A stretch of DNA of 64,000 nucleotides, from contig JAFLCD010000002.1 in NCBI GenBank assembly GCA_017302715.1, positions 5,882 through 69,881 of the forward strand, given 5' to 3'. This document shows, in pieces, positions 1 through 9,774 of this stretch. Under the pieces are notes generated by a model. The model saw only the letters and a program-made list of their open reading frames with translations. It searched no databases and had not been told where the DNA came from. Positions within the stretch are counted from its first letter, which is position 1. Every line of letters starts with the position of its first letter. The stretch comes from Deltaproteobacteria bacterium (GTDB taxonomy: Bacteria > Bdellovibrionota > UBA2394). A program made the position numbers and the translations under genes.

Positions 1-155
1 GTTGCACTTATCCATAAATCGCCGTTTTCTGATTTAAAAAATAGAGGATAAGGGCCTTCAAATGTGGGCTTGGCTAATCCAAAGAAACGAAGTGCTTTCA
101 CGTAAAATTTTAAAACAAATGAAGATTTAATTTTGTCTGGAATCCCGAGCGGCAT
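1..155 (-). CDS. Hypothetical protein, N-terminal fragment (gene runs off the left edge)
   Basis: An ATG at 155-153 (minus strand) opens a frame that stays open to base 1 (MPLGIPDKIKSSFVLKFYVKALRFFGLAKPTFEGPYPLFFKSENGDLWISA...). It is absent from the ORF track because it has no stop inside the window. No family recognised. Confidence 0.3.
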   Translation of the reverse strand, partial: MPLGIPDKIKSSFVLKFYVKALRFFGLAKPTFEGPYPLFFKSENGDLWISA

Positions 156-216
156 TTAAAAATCCTAGGAAGCGGCAGAAATAATGTCGAGGCGATAAAA
201 AGAGGTATATGAATAG

Positions 217-708
217 CTATTTTAACTTACTTAAAATCATTTTTTCCCCGATATACTCATCAAAAATTTTTTGATGAAACAAATGCGACATGGGGCCTTC
301 GCGACGATAATATTCAGGAACCCAGGTAAGTAAAAATTGAAGGAATTTATCCTGCTCTTCTTTTGAAGAATACTTATGACTTTCCCATTTTCGATTTCTG
401 CAATTTTCTAAACATTGCGATACTCCGGGGTCTAAAAAAATCAGCATCGGAGAGTATTTGAGTGAACTTTCGATGAGTTCACCGTAGCAGCCTTCGATAA
501 TAAAATTTTCCGGATCTTCCTCGATAAATTTTTGCATATCCTGGATAGAGTCTTCGATAGGCCGACGCTTTTGAAGGCGTCCGCGCTCCCACGTAATATT
601 GTCGAGGTCAAGAATGCGAGCTCCCGTTTGCTCGCGAATTTTTTTTGCGAGCGTGGTTTTGCCTGAACCTGCATTGCCAACAATGGCGCATTTTTTTGAA
701 AACTTCAT
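217..708 (-). CDS. P-loop NTPase, adenylate-kinase-like / topology-modulation-type
   Basis: Walker A GNAGSGKTT follows directly after MKFSKK. I chose the internal ATG at 708 because the P-loop is normally N-terminal in this family; the ORF-track start at 762 remains possible. Confidence 0.7.
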   Translation of the reverse strand: MKFSKKCAIVGNAGSGKTTLAKKIREQTGARILDLDNITWERGRLQKRRPIEDSIQDMQKFIEEDPENFIIEGCYGELIESSLKYSPMLIFLDPGVSQCLENCRNRKWESHKYSSKEEQDKFLQFLLTWVPEYYRREGPMSHLFHQKIFDEYIGEKMILSKLK

Positions 709-868
709 ATCGCTAATAAGATAACGTCCACAGGGATGAGAAGGCCACCGAGAGTCGATCATTTACTTCAAAAAAGAAAGGCCGTTGACGCGATAATGGG
801 TCCTCCGTTTTTAAAGAATGATTATTTTTATATTTAGTCATCATTCAATTTAAAAATGGGAGGCACTT

Positions 869-1033
869 ATGAGATCATTAAAGGTGCGCGCCGATCGAGG
901 ATTTGGCGTTTTAGAGGTTTTAATTATTTTAACCTTACCGATCATGATTATTGGAATCAGAATTTTAGCAAAATTTTCTGAAAAGCAAAGCCGTGAACTC
1001 ATGGAAGGTAGAGATGACGAAAAGGAAAAGTAA
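869..1033 (+). CDS. 54-aa prepilin-like micro-protein (class III signal peptide signature)
   Basis: Below the ORF-track cutoff. GGGAGG (858-863) lies 5 nt before the ATG. Translation: MRSLKVRADRG/FGVLEVLIILTLPIMIIGIRILAKFSEKQSRELMEGRDDEKEK, with Gly-1, Phe+1, Glu+5 and a hydrophobic helix. The stop lies 8 nt before the next gene. Confidence 0.5.
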   Translation: MRSLKVRADRGFGVLEVLIILTLPIMIIGIRILAKFSEKQSRELMEGRDDEKEK

Positions 1034-1041
1034 ATCTTTCT

Positions 1042-3495
1042 ATGAATATAAATAGAGTTTTGATTCGGTTTATTAAAATGAACCAACGCTTTTGGCGCTG
1101 GTTCATTTTTGCATGTGTTGTATTGATTGCAGCAGGCGTTCATTTCGGCACTCATATTCGACTCGATACGGATCTTTCTCGACTCCTTCCTCAAAAATCT
1201 AAAAGCGTTCAGGATTTAAAAATTATTCAGGGCAAGGCCGGTGGTAGTCATGATTTACGTCTTGTCTTAGAAGGTGGTCCTCTTGAAGATCGATTAAAGG
1301 CAGTCACTGCATTTAGTGAATATTTATCTCAGAAGCCAGACCTGGTTCGTTCCGTAAGATTTAAAACACCAAAATCTTTTTTAGAAAAATATAAATATCA
1401 GTTAGTTCCTATCGAATCTCTTAAGGCTATTCATCAGCGAGTACTCAAAGAGAGAGAGAAATATGATGATTGGCTAGATCCACTGAATTTGCAAAGTGCT
1501 CCTGAACCTCAAGCCACGTCTGCTGGCGCTACTCAGCCCGATACAGAAAAAAAAGATTTGGATCAGGCTAAGCAACTTCTTTCGCAGCTCGAAAACATGC
1601 GTCCTTTTTATCAAACTGAAGATGGAAGTTATTTGGCTCTGCGAATAGTTCCCGCCGGCGAAAATTTGGATATTGAAAAAAATAGAAAAATTTTAAATCG
1701 TTTTGAGCAAGAAGTTAAAGATTTTAATTTTTCTCAGTTCAATCCAGAAATTAAAACTTCTATTTATGGAAGCATTCCTGATCACATTTCGCGATTTGAT
1801 TCTATTGCTGCAGATGTAAGGTTTGGAGGCTACGGAATTATTTTAATTTTACTTCTTGTTGCGTTTTACTTTAGAAATTTTTGGGCTCTTTTGGTTTTAA
1901 CACCTCCGTTGGTGGTGGGACTTGCCGTAGGGTTATCGGTCACCTTCTTTTTGGAACGTACTCTCAACTCTATTACGGTTTTTCTTATTTTAGTTGTCTT
2001 TGGGATGGGGATTGAATTTGGAATTCATCTTTGGGCAAGGTTTCTCGACGAAAGAAAAAAAATATCTGCCTTTGATTCATTGATTGAAACTTGGCAAACA
2101 ACTGGTCGAGCTACGATCACCTCAACTCTCGCTCTCTTTGCGGGATATGGATTATTGGCTTTTAGTTCCTTTCAGGGTTTTGCTCAGTTTGGAAGAGTGG
2201 CGATGATTTTGGTTTCGGCTGTGGCGCTGAGTTTTCTTTTCTTTATGCCCAGTTGGATTTTTTTGGTTGAAAGTTTGCGCGGGCAAAAATCTTGGCCTTC
2301 AAGTCTTCCCATTTATTTACAAGATCTGAATTCAAGAGGTCGGTTGAAATTTCCACGCATTCCTCATTTAGCAAAAAGTTTAAGAGTGCTCTCCATCGCG
2401 TTAGGAGTAGGCGGCGCTATTCTCTGCGCAATCTCACTTCGATTTGATTATCAATTTGATGACGCTGCACCCAACAAGCCTCGACCTAAATCAAAGGAAG
2501 CTCTTGGGCATATTTTTACGGAACGATTGAAGCCTTCAGCTTTAGCTGTTTTTTCAAACCCGGAAGAGGCGAATCAATTTGTAAATTATTTTGAATCTCA
2601 TCGAGAAGAGTATCCTGATATTCCACTTGTAAGCAGTTTGAATTCTTTTTTGCCTGCAGATAGAGATGCGAGAATCGAAAAGTTAAATGAAATTGCTGAT
2701 GATATTGAGTACTCGTGGTTAAAAAAGGTTGAAGATCCTGACGTTAAAAAAGCTCTTCGCGAAATCAAAGATCAAGCTTCAAGTTTTAAGCCGCTGCAGC
2801 TGGAGGATCTTCCTCCTGAAATGCGTGAGCCTTTTATTGCTTCAGATAAATCAGGAGATCTCTTAGTTTATCTTTACGATAAAGGTGGCGAAACAGATGG
2901 TCGAAAGGCGATTGGTTTTTCAAATGCTGTCTCTCGTTTAGAAGATCAAACTAAATTTCATCCTCCACTTTCTGGGCAAGAAATTATTTTTGCAGAAGTA
3001 GTGAAGCGCGTTATTCAAGAAGGCCCATGGCTTGTGCTTGGAATGCTCGTTTTTGTTTTTGGAATTTGTTGGCTCGACTTTAGGAGATTGAATCATGCCG
3101 TTTACAGTATCGCTCCGGTTCTGCTTGGATTTTTAATCACAGGCGCTGTTTTAGTTTTAAGTCGAGTGCAAATTAATTTTTATAATATGATTGCGATAGC
3201 ATCTTTAGGATCAATGGTAATCGATAATAGTATTCACCTTTATCATCGCTATTTAGAAAATAAAGAAACGGGAGTGAGAGAGCCAGCGAAGCGAGCTACA
3301 TTCTCTGTTAGCCCCACTATTATTATTTGTACGATGACTTCGATTTTAGGTTACGGCGGTATGCTTTTTGCAAATCACGCAGGAGTCGCATCGTTAGGAT
3401 TTGTGGCAACCGTGGGACTTTTTTGTTGTTTGATAAGCTCGATTATCTTTTTTCCAGCATGGTTGATGTTGAATGAAGAAAAAGCTGCTAGGTAA
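1042..3495 (+). CDS. MMPL/RND-superfamily exporter (two 6-TM bundles, two large periplasmic loops)
   Basis: 817 aa. It has an N-terminal TM segment, a large loop and a 5-TM block (GGYGIILILLLVAFYF...), and this layout is repeated in the second half. This is typical of COG1033/COG4258-type predicted exporters. Confidence 0.85.
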   Translation: MNINRVLIRFIKMNQRFWRWFIFACVVLIAAGVHFGTHIRLDTDLSRLLPQKSKSVQDLKIIQGKAGGSHDLRLVLEGGPLEDRLKAVTAFSEYLSQKPDLVRSVRFKTPKSFLEKYKYQLVPIESLKAIHQRVLKEREKYDDWLDPLNLQSAPEPQATSAGATQPDTEKKDLDQAKQLLSQLENMRPFYQTEDGSYLALRIVPAGENLDIEKNRKILNRFEQEVKDFNFSQFNPEIKTSIYGSIPDHISRFDSIAADVRFGGYGIILILLLVAFYFRNFWALLVLTPPLVVGLAVGLSVTFFLERTLNSITVFLILVVFGMGIEFGIHLWARFLDERKKISAFDSLIETWQTTGRATITSTLALFAGYGLLAFSSFQGFAQFGRVAMILVSAVALSFLFFMPSWIFLVESLRGQKSWPSSLPIYLQDLNSRGRLKFPRIPHLAKSLRVLSIALGVGGAILCAISLRFDYQFDDAAPNKPRPKSKEALGHIFTERLKPSALAVFSNPEEANQFVNYFESHREEYPDIPLVSSLNSFLPADRDARIEKLNEIADDIEYSWLKKVEDPDVKKALREIKDQASSFKPLQLEDLPPEMREPFIASDKSGDLLVYLYDKGGETDGRKAIGFSNAVSRLEDQTKFHPPLSGQEIIFAEVVKRVIQEGPWLVLGMLVFVFGICWLDFRRLNHAVYSIAPVLLGFLITGAVLVLSRVQINFYNMIAIASLGSMVIDNSIHLYHRYLENKETGVREPAKRATFSVSPTIIICTMTSILGYGGMLFANHAGVASLGFVATVGLFCCLISSIIFFPAWLMLNEEKAAR

Positions 3496-3497
3496 CT

Positions 3498-3872
3498 TCA
3501 GTTAGCAGAAATTTCTAAGACGCTGCGGCACGAGTCACAGATCAATTCGATCTTTTCGAATTTGTTACTCGAAGAAACTTCGACATTTGCTGCACATTTT
3601 GGACATATAAGATTTTGTTTAGGAACTTCTTCAGTTTGTTTATAGAGATACACACTAACGAGCGGAGTAATAATAAGCGCTAAAGGAACTAATATAAAAT
3701 GAACGATCGGAAGAAAAATAAAAATAAAAGTTAAGCCAAGTCCGATTCCGGCTGCTTTGAGAGCTCGCTTTAATCTCTCTTCCTTAGACCAAAAAATAAT
3801 TCGCAGCTGCCCCTGATTTTTTTCACCTGAGCGAGTGGTAGTACTAATGGGCTTTAAATTTTCTTCGACCAT
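3498..3872 (-). CDS. Small membrane protein with C-terminal zinc-ribbon (CPKC...CDSC)
   Basis: Two hydrophobic helices are followed by CxxC-x22-CxxC. It sits 7 nt downstream of the yqhA-like gene on the same strand. Confidence 0.55.
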   Translation of the reverse strand: MVEENLKPISTTTRSGEKNQGQLRIIFWSKEERLKRALKAAGIGLGLTFIFIFLPIVHFILVPLALIITPLVSVYLYKQTEEVPKQNLICPKCAANVEVSSSNKFEKIELICDSCRSVLEISAN

Positions 3873-3879
3873 CTGCTCT

Positions 3880-4395
3880 TTAAACTTTATCCCCCGATTT
3901 TTTATAAAGTATCCATTCGGTAGCTGCTAAAAAGAGGGTTGAAAATAAAAAGACCACATGAATGATGATTTGCCACTTCACGCTTTCAATGGGGCGATTG
4001 TCGATATTGATGAAAGATTTAAGGAGATGAATTCCCGAAACACCTACCAGGGATCCGGCCATTTTGACTTTGATCGTACCCGCATCCACTTTTTGTAACC
4101 AGTCGGGCCGATCAACATGTGAAATAATATCTAAGCGACTTACAAAAGTGGCATAACCACCGATGATCACCATCACTAAAAGATTTGCAACCATGGTAAT
4201 ATCAACAAGCGTTAAAACGCTTAGCATAAGGTGTTCTTCGGAGAGAGATTGAGCGCTGGAGATCAAGTGAACGAGTTCCATTAAAAATCTCCAAGCGTAA
4301 ATCACGCCTGCGACGATGAGGCCTAGATACATAGGCACTTGAAACCAACGACTTGCAAAAATGGTCTGTTCGATTAATTTCTCAAATTTTTTCAT
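3880..4395 (-). CDS. yqhA: UPF0114 family inner-membrane protein (YqhA-like)
   Basis: The N-terminus (FASRWFQVPMYLGL...), the LVDITMV...GGY segment and the overall length are collinear with E. coli YqhA as I recall it. Confidence 0.8.
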   Translation of the reverse strand: MKKFEKLIEQTIFASRWFQVPMYLGLIVAGVIYAWRFLMELVHLISSAQSLSEEHLMLSVLTLVDITMVANLLVMVIIGGYATFVSRLDIISHVDRPDWLQKVDAGTIKVKMAGSLVGVSGIHLLKSFINIDNRPIESVKWQIIIHVVFLFSTLFLAATEWILYKKSGDKV

Positions 4396-4478
4396 ATGAC
4401 GTATTTAATGATTTCAAGGAAGGCCTGGCAAGCATTTATGCGCTCGACACACTTTAGAAAAAAGAGCAGAAAGAGAGC

Positions 4479-4979
4479 ATGAAAACAGCCCAGTATGTTT
4501 TAAAAAATTCGTTAGTTGGAGATCTTTATATTGTAGCCTCTGAGGATGCTTTGCTGAATGTTTCTTGGACAAAGCAGTCGGCTCCTCTCGTAAAATCTTT
4601 AGATGCAAAATCTTCCGAAATCAAAATTCTTTCAAAAGTTGTTAAGCAACTGAATGAATATTTTGAAGGTAGAAGAACTAATTTTGATATCCCGCTTTCT
4701 ATTGAAGGAACAAGTTTTCAAAAAAATGTTTGGCGACAATTGCGGGCAATCCCTTACGGAAAAACTTTAGCTTACAAAGATATCGCAAAAAAAATTAAAA
4801 ATGAAAAAGCTGTGCGAGCGGTAGGAACTGCAAATGGTAGAAACTCCATTGCGATTGTGATTCCCTGTCATCGAGTCATCGCTGCTGATGGAACCATGGG
4901 TGGATTCGGTGGCGGTCTCATCAATAAAGCAAAACTACTTCATTTAGAGAAGATCGCCTTAAAAGCAAAAGCTGCTTAA
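4479..4979 (+). CDS. ogt: Methylated-DNA--protein-cysteine methyltransferase
   Basis: Active-site motif IPCHRVI, upstream PYGKT.YKDIA and NG.N motifs, 166 aa. Confidence 0.9.
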   Translation: MKTAQYVLKNSLVGDLYIVASEDALLNVSWTKQSAPLVKSLDAKSSEIKILSKVVKQLNEYFEGRRTNFDIPLSIEGTSFQKNVWRQLRAIPYGKTLAYKDIAKKIKNEKAVRAVGTANGRNSIAIVIPCHRVIAADGTMGGFGGGLINKAKLLHLEKIALKAKAA

Positions 4980-4982
4980 AGA

Positions 4983-6755
4983 TTAAGCCGCAGACTGCTC
5001 ACTAGCGGCTCGATCATCTTCAAATAGTTTTTGTAAGGCTTCAGAACTTTCTTTTGTAAATTTAATCATTTCATCTTCGTCATCTAAGTACTGCACTTGA
5101 GCGGTGAGCAATTTAGCATCATGCTCCAAAAAGCTTTGAATCGTTTGATCCGCCATTGTGCAAGACATCCCTAAATGCAAAAGAATATCTTCGGTTAGAT
5201 TTAAACTTGAATGCAAAGTTTCTCGGACAATATCTTTTTGAGGAATTCCAAGTTTAATCAAGCGAAGACTATGCTCACGATTACGAGCGCGAGCAAAAAT
5301 AATAAGCTTTGGAAAATTTTTCTTTAAAATCTCTGCTGTTTTAACCGAATCTTGCGGCTGATCAATAGCAAGAACAAAAAGTTTTGCATTTTGTGCCCCT
5401 GCTGTTTTGAGAAGGTCTAAGCGAGTGGCGTCTCCATAAAAAACTTTTGTTCCATATTTTCTAACGGCTTCGACTTGATCGTAATTGGATTCAAGAATAG
5501 TGACCGGAATTTGATGAAGTCTTAAAATGCGGTGAATAATTTGTCCAAATCTTCCGTAGCCCGCAATAATAACTTCTGGATTTTCTGAAACTACATCGTA
5601 TTCTCTCTTCACTTCATTTTTCTTTTGAAAATATTTTACGGTTCGATTGCAGATACCACACCAAAGAGGTGTCAGTGCCATCGATATCGCGACTACTCCG
5701 ATGAAAAAAGTAGAAAGCTCTCGGCTTAAAATTCCAAGTCCTGCAGCTAATCCCAGAATTACAAATGCAAATTCTCCGCCCTGGCCAAGAAGGGGAGCCA
5801 CTCGAATTGCTCGAGAAAAACTACTTAAGCGAGTAAAATAAAGAGCGATAAAATTCGCCAAAGATTTAAAAATTAAGAGAGAGACAGAAGCCAAAATAAC
5901 TGGAACTGCCATTTGAACTAAAAATCCAAGATCGAGTGAAATTCCCATCGAGATAAAGAAAAGTCCAAAGAGCAGAGCTTTAAAAGGTTCGATGTCTGTT
6001 TGTAATTCATGTCTAAATTCTGAATTCGCTAAAACTACTCCACCGATAAAAGCTCCAAGCGCCATTGAGAGCCCGACACTTCTCATCAAGATGGCAACTC
6101 CTACGACGAGAAGCAAAGAAGCGGCGACAAATAACTCTTGTCGATAGGAGCGCGCTAAAAATCTTAGAATTTTTGGAATAACAAAAATTCCGCAAGTGAT
6201 GACCGCTACAACTACACCCAGCGGCTTTAAAACAGATTCCATTGAAAAAGAGGCGTGCGGAGCTAAGAAAGCCAAGATAGGAATCACGGCGAGATCTTGA
6301 AAAATCAAAATTCCCAGAGCATCTTGACCTTCGGGACTGGTGATTTCATTTTTCTCCGACAAAAGTTGAACGCCAATCGCAGTAGAAGAAAGCGCGAGTG
6401 TGATACCAATGATTAAAGCTTGCTGAAAAGAGGGGATGAAAAAATAAGAGATGAGAGCCATGCTCAAACTTGAAATCAGCATTTGAGTGGGTCCCAGTGC
6501 AAAAACGGCGCGTTTCATATGCCAAATTCTTTTTGGCGACATTTCTAAGCCAATTAAAAATAAAAAAAAGACGAGTCCAAGCTCAGAAACCTGATGTAAA
6601 AATTCGGCTTCATGTACAACTCCAAGTGCATAAGGTCCCATAGCAATTCCAGCGACGAGGTAGCCGAGAATCGGGCCGAGCCTGAGTTTGGTGAATAAAA
6701 AGACAAAAAATAAACCTGTCGCTAAAAAAATGAAGAGATAAAGAAAAAAATCCAT
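4983..6755 (-). CDS. CPA2 monovalent cation:proton antiporter with C-terminal TrkA-N (KTN) domain, KefB/KefC-like
   Basis: About 12-TM Na_H_exchanger-type core, followed by the Rossmann motif IIAGYGRFGQ. Confidence 0.9.
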   Translation of the reverse strand: MDFFLYLFIFLATGLFFVFLFTKLRLGPILGYLVAGIAMGPYALGVVHEAEFLHQVSELGLVFFLFLIGLEMSPKRIWHMKRAVFALGPTQMLISSLSMALISYFFIPSFQQALIIGITLALSSTAIGVQLLSEKNEITSPEGQDALGILIFQDLAVIPILAFLAPHASFSMESVLKPLGVVVAVITCGIFVIPKILRFLARSYRQELFVAASLLLVVGVAILMRSVGLSMALGAFIGGVVLANSEFRHELQTDIEPFKALLFGLFFISMGISLDLGFLVQMAVPVILASVSLLIFKSLANFIALYFTRLSSFSRAIRVAPLLGQGGEFAFVILGLAAGLGILSRELSTFFIGVVAISMALTPLWCGICNRTVKYFQKKNEVKREYDVVSENPEVIIAGYGRFGQIIHRILRLHQIPVTILESNYDQVEAVRKYGTKVFYGDATRLDLLKTAGAQNAKLFVLAIDQPQDSVKTAEILKKNFPKLIIFARARNREHSLRLIKLGIPQKDIVRETLHSSLNLTEDILLHLGMSCTMADQTIQSFLEHDAKLLTAQVQYLDDEDEMIKFTKESSEALQKLFEDDRAASEQSAA

Positions 6756-6839
6756 AGGGCTTAAGCTACTTCATGGACTTTTTCTTCTCTACAAAAAGTT
6801 CGATGGTCGGCTGAGGATTCTCTGTCCTATAATAGGCCC

Positions 6840-8117
6840 ATGAATTTAAATCGACGTGCCGCTATTTTGGGTGGCCAAAGAACTCCTTTTGTAAAATCTT
6901 TCACCTCTTATCAAAAATTGACGAATCAAGATTTGATGACTGCCGCTCTCTCGGGCTTGGTCTCGCACTTTCGCTTGAAGGGGCAGCGTTTAGGAGATGT
7001 CGCACTTGGATCTGTGATTAAAAATTCTTCGGATTGGAATCTAGCTCGTGAATCTGTTTTAGGATGCGGACTCGATGCACATACGCCAGCTTACGATGTG
7101 CAAAGAGCATGCGGCACAAGCCTAGAAACCGCATGGCAAATTGGTTTAAAAATTTCGGCAGGACAAATCGATGTGGGAATTGCGGGGGGAAGTGACACGA
7201 ATTCAGATCTTCCTGTGATGCTGCCTCGAAAATTTGCTCGCGTTTTATTAGATGCACGAAATGCAAAAGGCATGGCGGCAAAATTAAAAGTTTTTTCGAG
7301 TTTCAGACCTCATCATTTTAAACTTCAATTTCCTGGAGTCGTAGAACCTCGCACTGGACTCTCGATGGGGGATCACTGCGAAAAAATGGTGAAAGAATGG
7401 AAAATTTCTCGTCGAGATCAGGATGAACTCGCTTATCGATCTCATCAAAATGCGGCGAAAGCTTACGCCGAAGGATTTTTTGCAGATCAACTCTGCGAAG
7501 TGGCTGGAATTAAAAAAGATGGATTTGTTCGCGCCGATACTTCGGTAGAAAAGTTGGCAAAATTAAAACCTGCTTTTGATTTTTCTGGAGCGGGAACTCT
7601 CACCGCAGGAAATTCTACTCCGCTCACCGATGGTGCTGCTGCGGTATTGATGAGCTCTGAAGATTATGCAAAGCAAAAAAATTTAAAGCCTTTAGCTTTT
7701 TTAAAAGATGTCGAAGTGGCAGCGGTAGATTTTGTAGAGGCAGGAGAAGGTCTTTTGATGGCTCCGACCATTGCGGTTTCGCGGCTGCTCGATCGGAATC
7801 AACTTAAATTGCAGGACTTCGATTTTTATGAAATTCATGAAGCATTTGCAGGTCAGGTGCTTTGCACTTTGCGAGCCTGGGAATCTACTGATTATTGTAA
7901 ATCCAAGATTCAGCGAAATGAGGCTTTAGGATCAATCGATTTACTGAAAATGAATATAAAGGGAGGCAGTTTGGCCATAGGACATCCCTTCGGAGCAACC
8001 GGAGCTCGGACGGTGATGACGATGGCTAAACTTTTGGACCAGAAAGGCTCGGGACGAGGCTTGATTTCTATCTGTACCGGTGGTGGTATGGGCATCGCGG
8101 CCATTCTGGAGCGCTAA
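6840..8117 (+). CDS. fadI: Acetyl-CoA C-acyltransferase (thiolase), FadI-type
   Basis: Collinear with E. coli FadI as recalled: catalytic Cys in RACGTS, GHPFGATGAR, CTGGGMG. No fadJ is adjacent. Confidence 0.8.
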   Translation: MNLNRRAAILGGQRTPFVKSFTSYQKLTNQDLMTAALSGLVSHFRLKGQRLGDVALGSVIKNSSDWNLARESVLGCGLDAHTPAYDVQRACGTSLETAWQIGLKISAGQIDVGIAGGSDTNSDLPVMLPRKFARVLLDARNAKGMAAKLKVFSSFRPHHFKLQFPGVVEPRTGLSMGDHCEKMVKEWKISRRDQDELAYRSHQNAAKAYAEGFFADQLCEVAGIKKDGFVRADTSVEKLAKLKPAFDFSGAGTLTAGNSTPLTDGAAAVLMSSEDYAKQKNLKPLAFLKDVEVAAVDFVEAGEGLLMAPTIAVSRLLDRNQLKLQDFDFYEIHEAFAGQVLCTLRAWESTDYCKSKIQRNEALGSIDLLKMNIKGGSLAIGHPFGATGARTVMTMAKLLDQKGSGRGLISICTGGGMGIAAILER

Positions 8118-8123
8118 AAAACG

Positions 8124-8831
8124 ATGTCAGAAAATTCTTTCAAAGTTATCGCCGGCTATAAGTTTTTCGATTTGAAAAACGCAGCAGAAATTCGCTTTCC
8201 GCTGCGTAAATTTTGCCGCGATCTTGGAATGAGAGGAACCATTTTACTCAGCCATGAAGGAGTGAATTCTTATTTATCTGGCACGCATGAAGCTATCTCA
8301 AAATATCTTCATCATATTCATGAAGAATTAAAATTTCCGCGGATGGATTATAAAGAAAGTGTATCTCATTTTCAGCCTTTCACTCGAATGTTGGTAAAAG
8401 TAAAAAAAGAAATCATTACGATGGGCTTCACCGATATTTTGCCTCATGAATTTACAAGCCCCAGGATTTCTCCTGAAACTTTCAAGAATTGGCTCGATCA
8501 AAATAAAGAGATGACGGTTTTAGATACTCGAAACGAATATGAGATCGATTTTGGTAAATTCAAAAGCGCGAAGGATCTTAAAGCGAGGTCATTTAAAGAT
8601 TTTGCAAAAAAAGCGGCAGAGATCCCTGAAGAGATGAAAGAGAAGCCCGTCGTCATGTATTGCACAGGCGGGATTCGCTGTGAAAAAGCTTCAGCTTTAT
8701 TTTTGAAAAAATATAATTTTAAAGAAGTCTATCAACTCGACGGCGGAATTTTAAATTACTTCAATCAAATTGGATCCGATCATTTCGAAGGCAAATGTTT
8801 TGTTTTCGATAACCGAATCGCGGTCGATTAA
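8124..8831 (+). CDS. trhO: UPF0176 rhodanese-domain protein (TrhO/YceA family), short form
   Basis: UPF0176-type N-terminus (KVIAGYKFF..., ILLSHEGVNSYLSG) and rhodanese active loop YCTGGIRCEKA. It lacks the C-terminal extension of the E. coli protein. Confidence 0.8.
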   Translation: MSENSFKVIAGYKFFDLKNAAEIRFPLRKFCRDLGMRGTILLSHEGVNSYLSGTHEAISKYLHHIHEELKFPRMDYKESVSHFQPFTRMLVKVKKEIITMGFTDILPHEFTSPRISPETFKNWLDQNKEMTVLDTRNEYEIDFGKFKSAKDLKARSFKDFAKKAAEIPEEMKEKPVVMYCTGGIRCEKASALFLKKYNFKEVYQLDGGILNYFNQIGSDHFEGKCFVFDNRIAVD

Positions 8832-8844
8832 TTTTTAAAACTTT

Positions 8845-9351
8845 TTAATTTTTATAAGGCAATGGGCCAAGATAATCTTTTTTACCCACGTCTACGCCAT
8901 TTTTTCGCAAGATGGCATAAGCTGTCGTGATATGAAAATAAAAGTTAGGAAGTGCATGCTCATGCACATATTCATTTCCATTTAACCATTTACCTTCCCA
9001 TCGTGGCTGAGAAATTTTCTTATCTTCTGCACCTTTAAAATCTGCGGCAGAAAACTTCTCAAGATAAGCGATCGTGGTTTGAACTCTATTTTTAATTTCG
9101 TCCCAAGTTTTTTCTTTATCGTCATTGCTTGGAGCTTCTTTTCCAGTGAGACGAGAGGTGCCAAGCTTAGCCGTGTCGCAAGCGATTTGAATTTGTCTTA
9201 CAAAAGGAAACTGATCGGGAGCTAATCGAGCCTGAAGCAAAACTTCCGTATCAAATTTTTTAGAAGCAGCATAAGCAGCTCCTTTATCCAAAATCGCACT
9301 CAGATTTTTAAGCATTTTGATATATTGGGGAACCGTCATTTCGAAAAGCAT
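8845..9351 (-). CDS. DUF1993 family protein
   Basis: The N-terminal pattern VPQYIKMLKNL...LDKG and LAPDQFPFVRQIQIACD is characteristic of DUF1993 helical-bundle proteins. Confidence 0.7.
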   Translation of the reverse strand: MLFEMTVPQYIKMLKNLSAILDKGAAYAASKKFDTEVLLQARLAPDQFPFVRQIQIACDTAKLGTSRLTGKEAPSNDDKEKTWDEIKNRVQTTIAYLEKFSAADFKGAEDKKISQPRWEGKWLNGNEYVHEHALPNFYFHITTAYAILRKNGVDVGKKDYLGPLPYKN

Positions 9352-9406
9352 AGAGCCTCCTTTTATAAACTTCAGTTTCGATATGCTGTCTGATAAATCT
9401 TAGAAT

Positions 9407-9772
9407 GTGAAACAAAAAGTCGCAGTTTTAGGAGCGAGCTCGAACCCTGAGCGCTATTCGAATAAAGCTATTCGTATGCTTTTAAAGTATGGCCATGAGG
9501 TTTATCCGATTCATCCCTTAGAAAAGCAAATCGAAAATTTAAAGACATTTTCAAATTTAAATGAAATTTCTGAAAAGCTCGACACTATCACTGTTTACGT
9601 AGGCCCTAAGAATATTTCTCCGCTTATTGAAGCTATTGTTTCTGCAAATCCCAATCGTGTGATTGCGAATCCTGGCGCCGAAAGTGATGAGCTTAAAGAA
9701 GCGCTTGCATCGGCTTCCATTCCTTATATCGAAGCATGCACATTGGTGCTTTTACAAACGAAGCAATTTTAA
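9407..9772 (+). CDS. CoA-binding domain protein (YccU/YneT-like)
   Basis: GTG start. VAVLGASSNPERYSNKAIRMLLKYGHEVYPIHP matches the CoA_binding_2 signature. Confidence 0.8.
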   Translation: MKQKVAVLGASSNPERYSNKAIRMLLKYGHEVYPIHPLEKQIENLKTFSNLNEISEKLDTITVYVGPKNISPLIEAIVSANPNRVIANPGAESDELKEALASASIPYIEACTLVLLQTKQF

Positions 9773-9774
9773 AT

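Noticed and set aside
850-1194. 114-aa minus-strand ORF overlapping the prepilin-like ORF and the start of the MMPL gene.
   Set aside because: It is antisense to two better-supported genes and has no SD. Its composition is the low-complexity N/K/S/I-rich type typical of antisense frames in AT-rich DNA.
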